Counted from the stretch's first letter, positions 22,377-35,997 are shown. The stretch is 64,000 bases of DNA from Polymyxa betae A26-41 (GCA_003693705.1 RBZT01000846.1:62001-126000); one strand, 5' to 3'. Numbers and translations: made by a program. Notes: generated by a model not told the origin, from the sequence alone.

Positions 22377-23390
22377 TCAGGCTGATGGTTGACGTTCTAA
22401 CTCTCTTTCAAGAGCTGCATTATCCGCACGAATGGCTTCGTCCACATCATCGGTCTGGACCGGGGCCTGTACGCACGTCAGTTGATCGAAGCAGATTGCG
22501 TGATGCTGGACCTTGGCGGCCGAATCAATCGATCGCATGAGTTCATCATCGAATTGAGAGGAGGAGGCTGTATCAGCACCGCTCTCGGCTGTAGCTGGCT
22601 CATCCTGCTTAGAGACGGCATCACCCGTACTCACATAGTTCGAATCCATCTTCACGAACACTGTATAGAACGGTTAATGAGCGTGTCCAGGCGATGCGAT
22701 TGAGGGCCAGTACGTACGTGTACGTCCATCGAAGCTGACCTCGTTCAATGCCTTGATGGCGGCCTCGGCATCCGATTTTCGTGCGAACAGAACCTTGGAC
22801 ATCCCCATGCTCTGATTATCGCGTTTGAACAGATTCACGTCCAGGACGGAACCGAAACTGCTGAACGCGGCCCGAATCTGATCCGCCGTGGTCGTGTACG
22901 ACATGTTCGAGACGAAGATCTGCGATCCCGGGCCCTGTTTGACGGCCCGAATATTGGGCGACGGGCCAGTTTGACTGGCCAATGATGCCGCCGATGTAAT
23001 CTGGATCTGAACACCATTAAGCATAGTTCCATGACGGCGATGTTCGTCCAGAGCCTGTTCGGCTTCTTCGTATGTGTTGAACTTGACCACGGCTGTACGA
23101 GCGAATGCCCCCTGTGGAGTGCTGGGGTCACGGGTCAGTAGGGGCAGGATTTTAGGGTTTCGTTCTTACAAGTTCATGGTGATAGAACGTACACGTGCTT
23201 GACGTGAGAATAGATGATGAATCTCTTGAGCTTGTGATGATGATGATAGATCACATAGATACAGATCTTTAGATCCAAGACGACGTCGTACATTCGGGGC
23301 GGCACCATTTTCAGAGGTGTTGGCGACTATTGCCCCAGCTTCAGCTGACAGATAGCGACGTGCCCATTTCATTGCCCATGATGATGCCAT
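22377..23390 (-). CDS. Two-RRM RNA-binding protein, possible mitochondrial presequence
   Basis: RRM1 LYLCDL...AVVKFNTYEEAEQAL; RRM2 IFVSNMSYTTT...MGMSKVLF...AAIKALNEVSFDGR; N-term MASSWAMKWARRYLS. Confidence 0.8.
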
Positions 23391-23731
23391 GACGATATCC
23401 ACAAACCAAGATCAAGTTCAAGGTGCCCAATGGTGCTGCGACGGACTCCGCCTCGCACTACCCATTCAGAGGGTGGTGGTTCCGTAAGGCACAGATCGTT
23501 ATACACATCAAATATGCGGCTCTATCACAAATAATGTGCTGGCATGGTTTACATGGAGAATCAACAATCTATATAGAAACTTTGCAACAGAACCTGAAAA
23601 TCACCAGACATCGTTTGGAAGAAGCAGAATAGGATCTTGTCACAATATAGAGAAATATGAAAGTGTCAGTAAGCGTAGGTTGAGCATAGCGTTGGGTGGA
23701 TTAGTGGTATGGCGATTTACTTAACACTAAT

Positions 23732-24484
23732 TTAATCTCGTTGCGAAATCTTCTGCAAATGAGTTTCGATCTCGTCGGCGGTCAGAATCGTGAATCTACC
23801 CTGATTGACGCCTTTACGACAAACGGCAACTTCGATATCGTTCATCTTCAGATCGCTTCCGATCACGGTTTGCAGCGTCACTACGGCTGTCTGCATAACC
23901 TGATCGAAATTCATAGCCGAGCTATCCTGCGCCTTAAGCTGTTTCTCGAGTATATTGGTAGCTTCTTGTTCTTTCTGACCGGCTGAGCAAGCCTTATATC
24001 CACAGAAATGCCCAGCTGGATCAATACGATATAGACTTGGGCCATCCTCTTCATCAATCTGGCACAGAATGCAAATAACACCCAGAGCACGCTTGAAGGC
24101 GTGCTGAGTGTAAAGTTGCCCAATATCAGCCAGACGTTGGGCTAATACAGCAGCCGGCATATCGTAGCCGTTTTTATACTTGAATTCAGCCGCTTCATAG
24201 CGAGCTCGTTTCACAAAATTGAGCGCATCGCCATACAGACCGGTCATCATAGCGCCGATGGTTTGAGAGATGGGGAACATGTGTGTTACCGAGGTCGGAT
24301 CCAAGAGAATATCAGGCACCTTCTTTTGGCAAACCAGGACGACGGAATCAGCGCCGCGAGCCCCGACACACGTCAGAGCAGAGGCCTTGACGGCCTTGAA
24401 CGCGTACTCGACCTGGTAGAGGCGGCCCTCGGGCGAGAAGATGGTGATCTGACGATCATAGCCGGCCGACGACCCTCGTGACAT
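23732..24484 (-). CDS. PSMA6: 20S proteasome subunit alpha type-6 (alpha1)
   Basis: MSRGSSAGYDRQITIFSPEGRLYQVEYAFKA; intronless 250 aa. Confidence 0.97.
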   Translation of the reverse strand: MSRGSSAGYDRQITIFSPEGRLYQVEYAFKAVKASALTCVGARGADSVVLVCQKKVPDILLDPTSVTHMFPISQTIGAMMTGLYGDALNFVKRARYEAAEFKYKNGYDMPAAVLAQRLADIGQLYTQHAFKRALGVICILCQIDEEDGPSLYRIDPAGHFCGYKACSAGQKEQEATNILEKQLKAQDSSAMNFDQVMQTAVVTLQTVIGSDLKMNDIEVAVCRKGVNQGRFTILTADEIETHLQKISQRD

Positions 24485-24722
24485 TCTCTCAAGATGATAA
24501 TGAATGGAGATCTCCTTTCTCTCTTAATAGCCTTTATGTCACGCAATACAACTGTAGCATAAACAAAGAGCAGGGTCGCGCTCACACACCCAGCAGCCCT
24601 CCTTTGATACTTTTTTGCAACTTTTTATGGGGCGCGGCCGCTTGGGGAGCAGCCATGTGAAGAGGAAAGTTTTATAAAGTTTCGAAATGTTTTTTCAGAT
24701 AAACAATGTTTAGAGGCGGAAG

Positions 24723-25613
24723 CTAATCGGCTTTGTTCATGGAGCTCTCCAGCTTTTCGAGCTGCTCGCGGCTGGCTTTTTCGACAGGCTCGTCGACGAG
24801 TTCTTTGACGCCTTTCACTTCCGGGCAGTAATGCATGAGCATGCTCTCGATGCCGCCCTTTAAAGTGACTGATGAGCTCGGGCAGCCAACACAAGATCCC
24901 TGAAGCTGTAGATGCACATAACCTAACTAATATCAAACACTATGGGCTGTGACTTCCCAACACCAAACCATCTTTGAATCCATGATAGACAATATCACCT
25001 CCATCTTCTTGGATATATGGACGAATTCGCTTTCAAGCGACATCAACGATATATAGGGAGATGAAATGACAATCTTACCGTCTCGATCAGCTCTTTGATC
25101 ATGGCGGTCGTATCATCATCTGTTTCCAGAATCTTGGTATCTTGATTCGGTTCAGAGATGGAGGCAGCATCCTCCAGGATCGGATTGCCAGAAGCAAAAA
25201 AATTCTCCAACGAGGCGAATATATCTGGCTTTAAGATAGGCCATTGGGCTGAATCGCTCACAGTAACTGCAATGAAATCACCTAAACAATCATTCATTGA
25301 TCATTTCATGTATGATAGAGACGACCTCGTACCGCCAATAAGCACATTCTTAACATCGGAATGTCGGAATAAAGCTCGAGCTAAGGGGGATTTTTGAGCT
25401 GATTTGAACGAATTGAAATCAGCGCTGGCCGACCCTTCCAGCAGCTTACGCCTAGATCAGGAAATAAATGCAGACTCCCGGAGCGGCGATTGGCCATCCT
25501 AACCCGGGGAAGAACTTGAGACTCGATGGATTCGGCGTCTCTTGGACCTGAATAAACAGGCAACGAACAGCAGGCCTAATGCCGGCCTGTAGCCAATGCC
25601 GACCAAACAGCAT
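24723..25613 (-). CDS. NFU1: Mitochondrial Fe-S cluster scaffold NFU1
   Basis: Presequence, [78 protein letters not shown]. Confidence 0.93.
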
Positions 25614-25719
25614 TTGAATGAGATGAAACCACGACCAGATTCAGATATTATGTGCGCTGAATTTCAATTCTATCATTTCCACATTTCGAAATCGCTGTAT
25701 ATAGATCATTAAACAGACG

Positions 25720-26691
25720 ATGGAAGGTTATCGTTATGATGTATGGCAATTGCAATGCACATATCAGCTATGAAATCGATCAGATGAGTGAATAGTTTGT
25801 TAATGTCGTGGTAGAGGCACGTGTCAGTATCTTCTAGAACTATTCTATCATAATATGGGCGAATCCACACCCCAATCTACTTCTGATTGTTATCAGCGTC
25901 ATGCTTCAGTGCAAGCCGCACGATGCATTCCAAAACCCAGGTCGCGATCGTCTGCCATTCTCTACCAACCGTGATTCCTCACCTGATCGTATTAGTGACG
26001 ATTCTCAAAGGGCGCCATTCGATCATTGGGGGCACAGAAAAAGTCATGATATCAAAGAAGCCGCCCAATTGTTGCTCAACGACTCGGCTTTTGACGAGCC
26101 TAAACGGCTGCTACTGAATTTATCTGCCGACGATTCGCAGGGCTTCAAGGTTTCCTTTCGCTTGAAGGTTCAAAGTCAGAATCAAAGCGTTATGATCAGG
26201 TGGAATCGTTTGATGTCGTGTCGACCAAAGAGCTTATCGACACAGTCGGAACGGGTGCTGCCATCATTGAAAAGAACTTCTCGTCGTCAACAGCTCGTCG
26301 TCTGGCCGATAGGACCTTAGTTCCTGTTTACACGGTTTGTGATGGGGTACTCCGAATAATACCTAAACTATTGGAAACACCACAAATCAACAATAACAAG
26401 GCAAGCCTTGAAGGTGATATGCCTATCAAGAGCATTGTATTACACTGATGCCGAATAGAGCAAACATGCCTTGAAAACGGTCTGGATGGGGTGAAGGAAA
26501 GAATAAGCAAAATTGTGAATGCCATGAATGAAGCAAAGCTGCATAAAAAGCGCCCATCGTATGTTCTAAAGGCGTTCCGAACAATACTGCTTCATCAAAA
26601 GGGAAATAGTCAATTAGCCATTCCATTGGTCGTCGGATTGCTGTTCTTTCTCATTCTTATTTCTTGGGTTCTTAGCCATCGTTCTATCTGA
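25720..26691 (+). CDS. Hypothetical multi-exon protein with C-terminal transmembrane helix (tail-anchored)
   Basis: ORFs 25901, 26200 and 26491 join in frame through GT-AG introns; ends LAIPLVVGLLFFLILISWVLSHRSI*; start uncertain. Confidence 0.55.
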
Positions 26692-26839
26692 AGGTACACA
26701 AACTGCTGTAGCCAGATCTCGAATCAAGCTAATAGGACACTTAGGTTGCGGGAAATAGGAATACTCAACAGCTAGCCATAATTTTGATAATTAATTGTTT
26801 GCATAAATATATTCCTTGATTATCTAACCAGTTTGGATT

Positions 26840-29800
26840 TTACGACGAAACTGACAACAAGTCTTTGTATCCTATGAAGCCAGAATTCGTCAAATGCATA
26901 CCTGGATACGAAGGCTGTTGCTTACCATCTCCGAAAGAAACAAAATCGGAAAGCAACAGTTGATCGATGAATCCTAGATCAGGAGGTGTCGCTGTAATGC
27001 TTTGGGACGATATGTGTGCGCTGACCTAATGCAGATATATTAATGAAAATAATTGGCACAGTAAAAGCCTACTTCGAAATGGAACTGCCGCAATTGAGCT
27101 GCTGATACAATCCTCCTCATTGTCAGTAAAGGTCGCCTTAAAACTGAGCTCTTAGCGAATGTGGCGTGCAGGGAAACATCTGACTCAGATCCTCTCCGAG
27201 ACTCTGTTTTGAAAAATAAGACCAGGCATTTTTGTTTCGAAGGAAATGGCAGACCTGAGCTTGCTGTTCCATCTGAGAACTGTGGTTCTGTCCTCAATCG
27301 TCGACCAAGATATCTAACATGCGGCTGAAAGCAATTGAACGAATTATAATTGAACAGTTTAGTAATCTCAGCATCTTCAGCAGATTTTTCGTTTGACTAT
27401 GGAGAAATCTCAGTAAGCGGTAAAACATTTTCGTAAAGTGAAGACCTGAGAATGTGGATCAACGGCGGGTCCCTGTTCGAACTCAGAACTGCTGTCACCT
27501 AAAGCCAAACGGTCGACAATAAACATCCATTGGTATAGATGAAAATGGGATGGCAACAATACTACAATAGCAATGAGACATGATGGAAAAGAGAGTATCA
27601 TTCCTCACCAAGCGCAAGATCGACAAATTTACAGGCCTCCATAATAAGATCGAGATCAGAACTTTCATCGAGGATAGAAATAACCTCTACAAGTACTACA
27701 GGCCTGTAGATTATGAGATAGAGATCCATATTAGTGCGATGCATAGAGACCAGATTGTCTTAAGATTCTCAGGACTAACACGAGCAAGCAAGATTCTGAC
27801 ACAGAACAAGACTTGAACATGTAATATTGCGGCATCTTCGAGCTTCAGCGATTCAACTAGCTGGTGAACGAAATAAGAAGGTCATGCAATATAGATATGA
27901 ACGATACCTTTTCAACTATAGCTGGTAAATGCCTCGAATATTCGTCTATCCGTCCAGCATGAATCATAAAGCTTAACCGTTTGAGCTGACGAGCCCGAGC
28001 TAACACGTCCGTTTTATGTGAAGTGAACATGAGAACTTGTGGATTTATAGGTCTTCCCATTAGCTGTTCCGTCAGTAAAGTTGGATCCTAAAAAGCATTA
28101 GGCATTGAAAAGTGTTCCATTAAACAAGTGACCTCAGTGACAATTTGTGACATGATTTTACGCCATTGCATAAGACTATCAATTGAGGCATCAAAGAAAT
28201 CGTTATGTTGGAATGCATTCCAGCATTCCTTCTTATAAACCTTCAGTGAGAACTTGAACTAGTTTCATACTCAGTAAACACGCAATCCAATAATAATCAA
28301 TGCAGCTACCTTCTTGACAGAGAATGAAGCAATAAAAGCGGCAGCTGCGGCTGCATAGTCTAATTGGTCGATTGAACGATTGTCGATGTTCAAAAAGACA
28401 TATGGAAGTAGTAAACCAAGCATAGAGCACGCCCTACCATTTATGAGGAATGACGAGATGCTTATTACAAAGATACCTTTCTTCATCCTCGGAAGAATTT
28501 CCACCCCAAACAAGGCTGAAGATATCAGCTGAAACATTTGACACAGAGCGCAGTGCAAGCAATCGAACTGTAACAGGAGAAGCGAAGGATGACGACATTA
28601 ACCACTTTGGATGTTTTTGAGAGATGCTTTCAAACAAAATTATAATTATACCGATGGTGTAGGAGGGTAGTCATCATCAGTATCTTCTTCTTCAACGGGT
28701 TTCTGGTAAGACAGCGAACACGGTTTTGGCAGATCAGGCACAACTGCAATCTCTGAAGCTCCCTAAAAAATCAAATAAGAGCTCCATCAAGAAAGACCCA
28801 ACAATCATGCCTTCACGAAAAGGTTACTGGCTAATGTGAACAGAGTTTGGATCATTTCCCGAATATCCTTGAGCGATTTTGGATCAACTCTTTGCCAATT
28901 TGTACGGAGAACAAATTCATGAGTGATAGAGAGTAACCATAATGAAGGGTGTATAACAGCACTGGAGAATCATGAGGCCTGACAAGATACGTAATAGAAA
29001 AGCAGTTACCTGCTCGTTCCCGAAGAAAGAACCTTCTGTAGTTGTATTAACTTGGCCCAACATTCAGTCTGAGATAAAAATCAGCATTAAAAAAAATAAA
29101 ACGAGTGAAAATGGATTTTTACAATTTTAGCTGAAATCTTACAGTTACGCATGTACTGATCGAGGAAATGCAGGATTGCTGTATCGGATGGTTTCGGAAT
29201 ATTTGTGCCTGATTCTGCTAACGGAGAAGCTGCGGAGGCAGTTTCTTGAAGTATCGTAGAAATGGTAATTAATGTGGAAAGTATACAATCAGGAGTGGCT
29301 GCAGGTAGAATCTCGATAATCTCACATAGTGAGCTCATATCTACACGATAGCGTCAATAGACTATTCAGCAAATCTTATGCTTTACCATTGTCATATTGA
29401 CGGGCATGAGCTTCCCATGAAGACAGCAATGCATTTGTAATTAGAACAGGACTTTCGACTAAGAGAGGGTTCAAGAACGAGACGATCAGGTCTATTGCGT
29501 TGGAGGACGCCTAAAAGCGGAATTGACAAGGATATCAGAATGTTCAATCCACCTACAATGTCAACATTGTGCGAATGTGAATGTGATGACACAGAAGTGA
29601 CAGAGGTCTTTCTGGGCGATTTATCTGGCAGCAAAGACCAAATGTACAGGATCACCTAAGAAGGAAACCGTCAAATTCAATACGTCATGATTGAAAATGA
29701 TACGATCGTACATCTACGACTAAAGGTAAAATCCCTTGAATAGCATTGGAGGAAGATGAGGAGTCTTTTGAGCTTTTAGCTTCCAAAGAAGGCTCTGTTT

Positions 29801-32800
29801 CGTTGCGATTTACAGAAGAAGAAAATATTCCACCTAAAAATCCAAAAACTGTGCTGTTATTCCCTAAACAGATTGGTTAGGAAACGATCTGAAGGCACAG
29901 AGCAGATAACCTGAGCTGGCATTAGCGGTTGATAACTGTGAAGTTAATGTTAGCGGAGTTGGCCTTTTTAGTAAGCAGTAGTGAACAATTTCCCGAATTC
30001 CATAAAGAAGTACTGATATTGAAGCGTCAAAATGACATGAGGTCTTCCGAATCTGACAGAGATTTGAGAAGATGCAGCAGAGATGTTCAACGGAACTTAC
30101 TTGTTCACATAACACCGTTAAAACAGAGAACGAGGTTGAGCCCATAGAGCCATGGAGATGGGACAGAATGGAGATAATAAACCTGATTGCAGAAGATTTA
30201 GCAGGATTTGAAACGCGTCCTCTAAACACACGAACCCGATCCAATGTTGCAGCAGATGCTGATCCGAATTGGGTTCATGCGACTGTTGAATGCCGTATAA
30301 AATGGTGGAGACAAAATTGGCAGAATCGAAAAGTGCTGTCGAGCCGGATTGCAAGGTTGTGTTGTCGATGATGACGTGACGCAGCAATCTTAGCAGAGAA
30401 ATCTGCAAAACGATAAGGACAAAAGCGCTTTAGCAAAGAAGTGGCAAAAGTCAAACCTGCATATTTGAGTTATGAGCGGCAATACTCGACGAAATTAGAC
30501 CTAGAGACGCAGCTCCAAGGCCATTTATTCGTTCTGCAATCGAGAGTAAGTTCGCAGAGGTATCACTGGAAAGCATTGCAGATGTTGTGATCAACTGAAC
30601 AAGAAGATCAACAGCTGAGAGCCTAACATCTTCGTTCGCAATCCTTGAGTGAGCAGTCAACGAAATAGAGCATAGATTGATAGCGAATGACTTACAGATC
30701 CTTCTCAGAGACACCGTCGTGCATTCGACCTTGAACAAAACGAAGCGCACACCAAAACAAGATATCAAGGTACGTCGGAGCATCTGGAAGTGAAAACCTT
30801 TGCTCTATAGGCAAATTCCCAACTTTGTGAAGGTTAGGAAATTGAGCTCAGATGACGCTAATTATACCTGGACGCTGATGACGCCTCAACAGGCTTAGAA
30901 TGGTTGGATTCAGAACAGGCTGTTGGGCAGCTTTGGCAGCGACCAGCTGTCGATGGGCTGAAGAGAATATAGCTTGAAGCCTCCAGATTGAATGTCGAAC
31001 TAATTCAGCATCGTAGAGATTGGAGTAGCACATACTGGGAGATTGACGGAGAGTTGAAGGGCAAAGAAGAATCAGCAGCAAAGGATCCAACACTCTAATA
31101 AAACTTAGCAACGCTGGAGATATCAGAACAAAAATCACCTGTAAATAGATTCAGAAGATACACGAATGAATTCTAATGCAATCATCCGAGTAGGCGTTCT
31201 TTGATCGTCGATAGCATCAAGCATAATGATTAGACTGTTGCCAGAGCATCTAGAAGATTTCTCAGGATCATCTAAAGGCGATAATAAACGCCATAGGCGA
31301 GCGAAGCTGTAACGATATCAGAAGACTACAGACTAAGAGATCCCGTTATACCGCTCATAACCCTCGTACTGAGCACAGCTCTCGTGAGGCGAAACATGAA
31401 GCATAGCATCTGCTGCAACGGCTTCGCAAAAATTTGGACAAATCTCATACATGTGCAGCCAAAGCTTCGCAACCTGTAAGGAAAATCAGTTGACAGCAAG
31501 ACACAGGAATTAAGAAAGCATTAAAACCTGACGGTGAATCTCCTCTCCAAAATTAGCCTCGAGTAGATACCATAGTTGCTGTGTCAGCTGTCCACATTCA
31601 GTTTGCTGTGGCTCTTTGAGAGAATCGTGAATGATCCGAATCCAAGCTTCGAAGCCTACAGCAAATTAGTGGACAAAAAACTTGAACAAGGCGGTTGCTT
31701 GCCTAGACAAGAGAGATGAGGATTGGGAGACAGAGCAAATTTCACGACATGCTCTGAATATCGAATGATATGTCTTCGTTTCTCTCCGTTTGTATTGAGA
31801 AGCAGATAGTGGAACAGCTCAAACAATCGAGAAATGCACTTGAGAGTATGCTGGTCAGTGGCCCTATCAGCAATGGTTGTTTGGACTGGTTCGACCCTCT
31901 AAAAAGTGAATCAAACCACGAATGTTACTGAAACCTCTCAACATACTTGATCCACAGAATCCGATGCTTGTTCAGCGCTGAAGAACCCTGGGAGTGGCAA
32001 AGACATAGAAGAGAGGAAGTTCTCTGATTCGGAGAGGGAAACATCGAAATGAAACCGAGAGGAAAGCAACTTCAACGTGAAAGTCATCAAGCGCGTCATT
32101 TCGGCAATTTCTTCCTTCCAAGATATCCTGACAGGAATCAGTTAGAGCCTCCGAACAAACTGCTACTCAACTTGTACAGAGCTTTCAAATCAGTATTAAT
32201 CATGACCGGGACAATCTGCTTGTCAGAAAAATCCTGTAGGCAATCGTCAAAGTTCAGTAGACATTTCTCAGAAAATACAGACGCTGTCAAAATGAACGGG
32301 AAGAAAGTCTAGAGCGAAATCGATCAAATCGATTGTATGGATTTTGCTAAATGAATGAGATAGCAACGGAAAACTTTCAATGGATTCGGACGGAAGACTC
32401 GTGGCAGTCCTCAGCATTGTTGAATCGAGCTCAGAGATAAGTGTGGCCCAAACTTGGCGTAAATCTACTTGATTGAAAAACAACTGTGCGGATTTCAATA
32501 CAGACTGAGAGACAGCTGAATCTATCTAACTAGTAAGTTATCGTCAACAAAAACTGGAAAAATTCTTACTGTTGTCATAAGAGTAAGCATAGTCAATGAG
32601 AAGAGAAGAAATCTTAGAGAGAAATTTACTCATTCGAATTTCCTGGCGGCAAATTAATATCGGGACGCAAGCACTGGTTAGCGGTGTCTTACATCTTTTT
32701 CCAAGAGTGTACGAGCGATGTTAAACGGTTGAGTAGCCTCTTCATCAGATGATGCATGTCTGTCCATAATTTGGTGTAGTGAGGAAACGACCATCTCAAG

Positions 32801-34167
32801 AGTAGAATCAGATATTTCAACAGGTTCGCTTGAAGGCATCTCATCCGTTCCTCCTTTACTCAGAAGCCACGAATAGAATCGGCGATTTACGGAAGTCTCT
32901 CGACGTAAAATTACGGGCAACGTTGCCTGCACTTTGTAATGTCAACAGCATTGTTATCAAGTTGATGGAAAAAGACGAATACATAAATATGTCAGCTCCT
33001 TTTTTGTGAAAATGGAATCGACTAGAGGGAAATGTGAGATCATCAAATCGAACATGCTTCTCTGAGTCAAAACCATCTCATCGTGAAGTGTGGCAACCAT
33101 TGCCTAGAAACGGTATCAGTCAGGTTTCATACAGTGGCAAGTTCTCACAAAACCTCGATGGCAATAGACCTTTGGACTGGAAGATATTCAGCCAGCTTCT
33201 TCGATCCGGCGGGAGGAATTGTAGCATTGATAAAATGCATCGCTGAGCCACGATATTTGCTGCATTGGAGTACACATCTCCAAAGAGCAAGAGCAAATTG
33301 GGATGCATTGGTCTGTTGTTGTATATTGACTGTAAAAGGAAATGCTTAATGACAAAATATCTCGAGTCGAACGAAAATGGTCAAACCTAGAAGTTGCAAA
33401 GTACGGGTAAAGACTTCCCCAGAGCCTTCTTCCAGTCCTGGACATAGATTTAGAACGGTGTGAAGAGAATGTGTACTAACTGTACCTGGAAGTAGGGCCA
33501 GTATGAAACCGGATAAACATGGTAGTAAACCGATACCCAAAGGGAGATAATACTTCTCGTAGAGTTCTAGCAGCTCTGGTCTAACCCGCGACGATGCATA
33601 CGACAGTAGCGGAAACAACCCAGTAGAGTAAAGTGAGAGATCCTTCAAGCAATTACTTAATAAACGTTTTGGTCGGCAGAACAATGTCGACCTGGATTAA
33701 GCGCTGAGGACCTATACGTTCTAAAATCGCTCGATATGTTTCGAGCGTTTTTAAATGAACCCCTCCAGGTAAGACATCGCTTAAACATCCTGCAAGTCTG
33801 AACAAAAATCCAGAAGTCACTCATAGCGACAATGCATTAATATAGGGCAGAAACCGTTTCGTAACAGTTAGAGTCATTGGCACATGATCTATGTGGGCGA
33901 ATTTTGTTAGCACTTTGTTAACTCGAGCTAAGCATTTAATCAGGTCCTGATGGCAGGTTCAGAACTGAAATATTTCTAAGCGCTAAACTGTACTACCGGC
34001 CATTCGCGAGCCTTCTCGAAAGCCTAAATGTGTATCAGCGAACAGATAATTAAGAGATATTAGTGGAGCACCTGCATGGCATTTGCCATAGCGTCATGAA
34101 AGGCTTTCAGCCGAGGATGCTGGCGCTGTGCTGCTTCAGCTGCCGAGCGAGACGAGCGAACAGACAT
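26840..34167 (-). CDS. DOP1: Dopey/DOP1 endosome-Golgi trafficking protein
   Basis: Dopey_N: [63 protein letters not shown]; Dopey_C: [29 protein letters not shown]; >20 exons. Confidence 0.9.
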
Positions 34168-34580
34168 GATCTGCCCAGAGCAGGAGCGCACAGCGCTTAA
34201 TTGTTCCAATAATCAATGGCGTGATCAACTGCAGAATGATGGAAAGGCTGTGATATCAAAGAACGCGACTCCGATCTATAACGTTTCACGATACATTCTT
34301 CTAGAGCGGCGCCGATTTCGGAATTTCATGTTAAAAAAAGATTACAGCAATGTAATCATACAGTAAACGCTACCCATTGAATCAGCAGAAGCCAGAGATT
34401 CAGTATCATTGATGTTTTATTTGTTTTCGTCAAGATATCTTGAACGGGTGAAATGATGGACCGCTCTGAAATCCAGAAGTAACTGCACTTGAAGATATGG
34501 AAGGGATGATTCCGGACTACTTCAGGCCTTGAGCCTTGAAAATGGCGCCGCCTCTGGACCTATGATCAGCAAACGGGTAG

Positions 34581-34601
34581 AATCGAATCGAATCGAATCG
34601 A
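34581..34601. repeat. (AATCG)4 pentanucleotide microsatellite
   Basis: aatcgaatcgaatcgaatcga. Confidence 0.85.
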
Positions 34602-35127
34602 AGATATCTCGAGAATATCTCGTAGTAGAAAATGAAGGACGGATGTGCTATTAAAGTGCTGGTGAGAAAACGGCGGTCGCCAGTACTAGCATCTTTACTA
34701 GAAGAACGAGCTGCTATTCAGGTTCAGTTCAGTAATGTCAACTCAATCATCCAAGAATTCTTGGCCAAGCGGAAGATTATCAGCCAACCCAGCCGCCGAG
34801 TTATTTTGAAAATCAATCAGGAACGGCGATGCTCCACAAGAGCCGCATGTGATTTGCTTCTGTCTCAACATCTTGCTCGCGTCCGAAAAAGGAGAGAACT
34901 GTATACAACCGTCAAGTGCCGGTGTTGATAAACATCTGCTTCTGATCCTAAACCTCATAATCATCTCTCTGTAAAAATGAGCAAAGTAGATAAGAGAGCA
35001 GCCCTGCGTCTGCCAGTGTGATTAGGGTTTCTGTAATCTGGTATCCCCGTAGGTCCAGATAACTCTCAGCCGTCTTGTCATCATATTCTGACGAACTGCA
35101 ATTTCCTTGCTGGGCACTCTCCTTGCA

Positions 35128-35997
35128 ATGTCATTCTTATCTCGCCGATTGGTACCTACCACCCGCCATCTAAACATCGGGGGCCCACGATGTTTGTCAT
35201 CTGCAATAGCGGTTTCTGAAGAGAAGCAACCACCGGCTTCGAAGCCTAGTAACATCTTTTCCAAGGTCTCTGGCTGGCTTCCTCTTGCTGCTATTGGAGG
35301 AACCGTTGCTTTATCCAAAGAACTTCTCATTCTGAATGAAGAAGTTCTTATCCTGTTCACATTTTCAACGACTGTGTTTGGCTTGTACACCCAGATCGGT
35401 GGTGTCGTTGCTAAACATCTGGACGATCGTGCTGCGAAAATTGCAACCGACCTCACACAAGTCCTAGAACAGTCAGTTGAAGCTACGAAAGAGCAGGCTG
35501 AATCTGCTAAGAAGTTGTTGACTCTTCAGACAGACGTTGATGCAATTTTTAAGCAGCAAGAAGAGCTGATGAACCGATACATCGCAGCAATTCCAAATCA
35601 GCTTCGCTTTAATCTGAATGCCCAGATTAAAGCACGTCTTTCAATGGTTGCTGAGAAAGAGAGTCAGTTCATGCAAGGATTACAAGACCAATTGGCAGAT
35701 GCTGCTGCGGCTGCAGTTCGTGAGCAGTTGAAATCTGGAAACAAGAAGGCGCTCTTGATGAATGCGATCAAGGCTCTAGAAGCAGGCAGTATGCAGACCA
35801 AAGAAGATCCGATCCGAGATCAGTTCGTAGCATACTTTTCTGCATTCCAGAAGAAGATTGCTTCAAAGGCTGGAAAAGATGTTCCGATGAACGCAGAGCA
35901 AAAAGCGCAGTGGCAATCGGCTTTAGATGATTTGATGCGTCGTGATCCGAATCTAAAACAGCTTGAAGTGAAAGTTCCCGAAAAGATCACACTTTAA
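35128..35997 (+). CDS. ATP4: Mitochondrial ATP synthase subunit b (peripheral stalk)
   Basis: Presequence MSFLSRRL...RCLSS; LSKELLILNEEVL motif between two hydrophobic segments; long helical stalk. Confidence 0.8.
   Translation: MSFLSRRLVPTTRHLNIGGPRCLSSAIAVSEEKQPPASKPSNIFSKVSGWLPLAAIGGTVALSKELLILNEEVLILFTFSTTVFGLYTQIGGVVAKHLDDRAAKIATDLTQVLEQSVEATKEQAESAKKLLTLQTDVDAIFKQQEELMNRYIAAIPNQLRFNLNAQIKARLSMVAEKESQFMQGLQDQLADAAAAAVREQLKSGNKKALLMNAIKALEAGSMQTKEDPIRDQFVAYFSAFQKKIASKAGKDVPMNAEQKAQWQSALDDLMRRDPNLKQLEVKVPEKITL

Noticed and set aside
34380-34964. Overlapping small ORFs 34632-34928 (+) and 34743-34964 (-)
   Set aside because: No motif and no way to choose a strand from sequence alone
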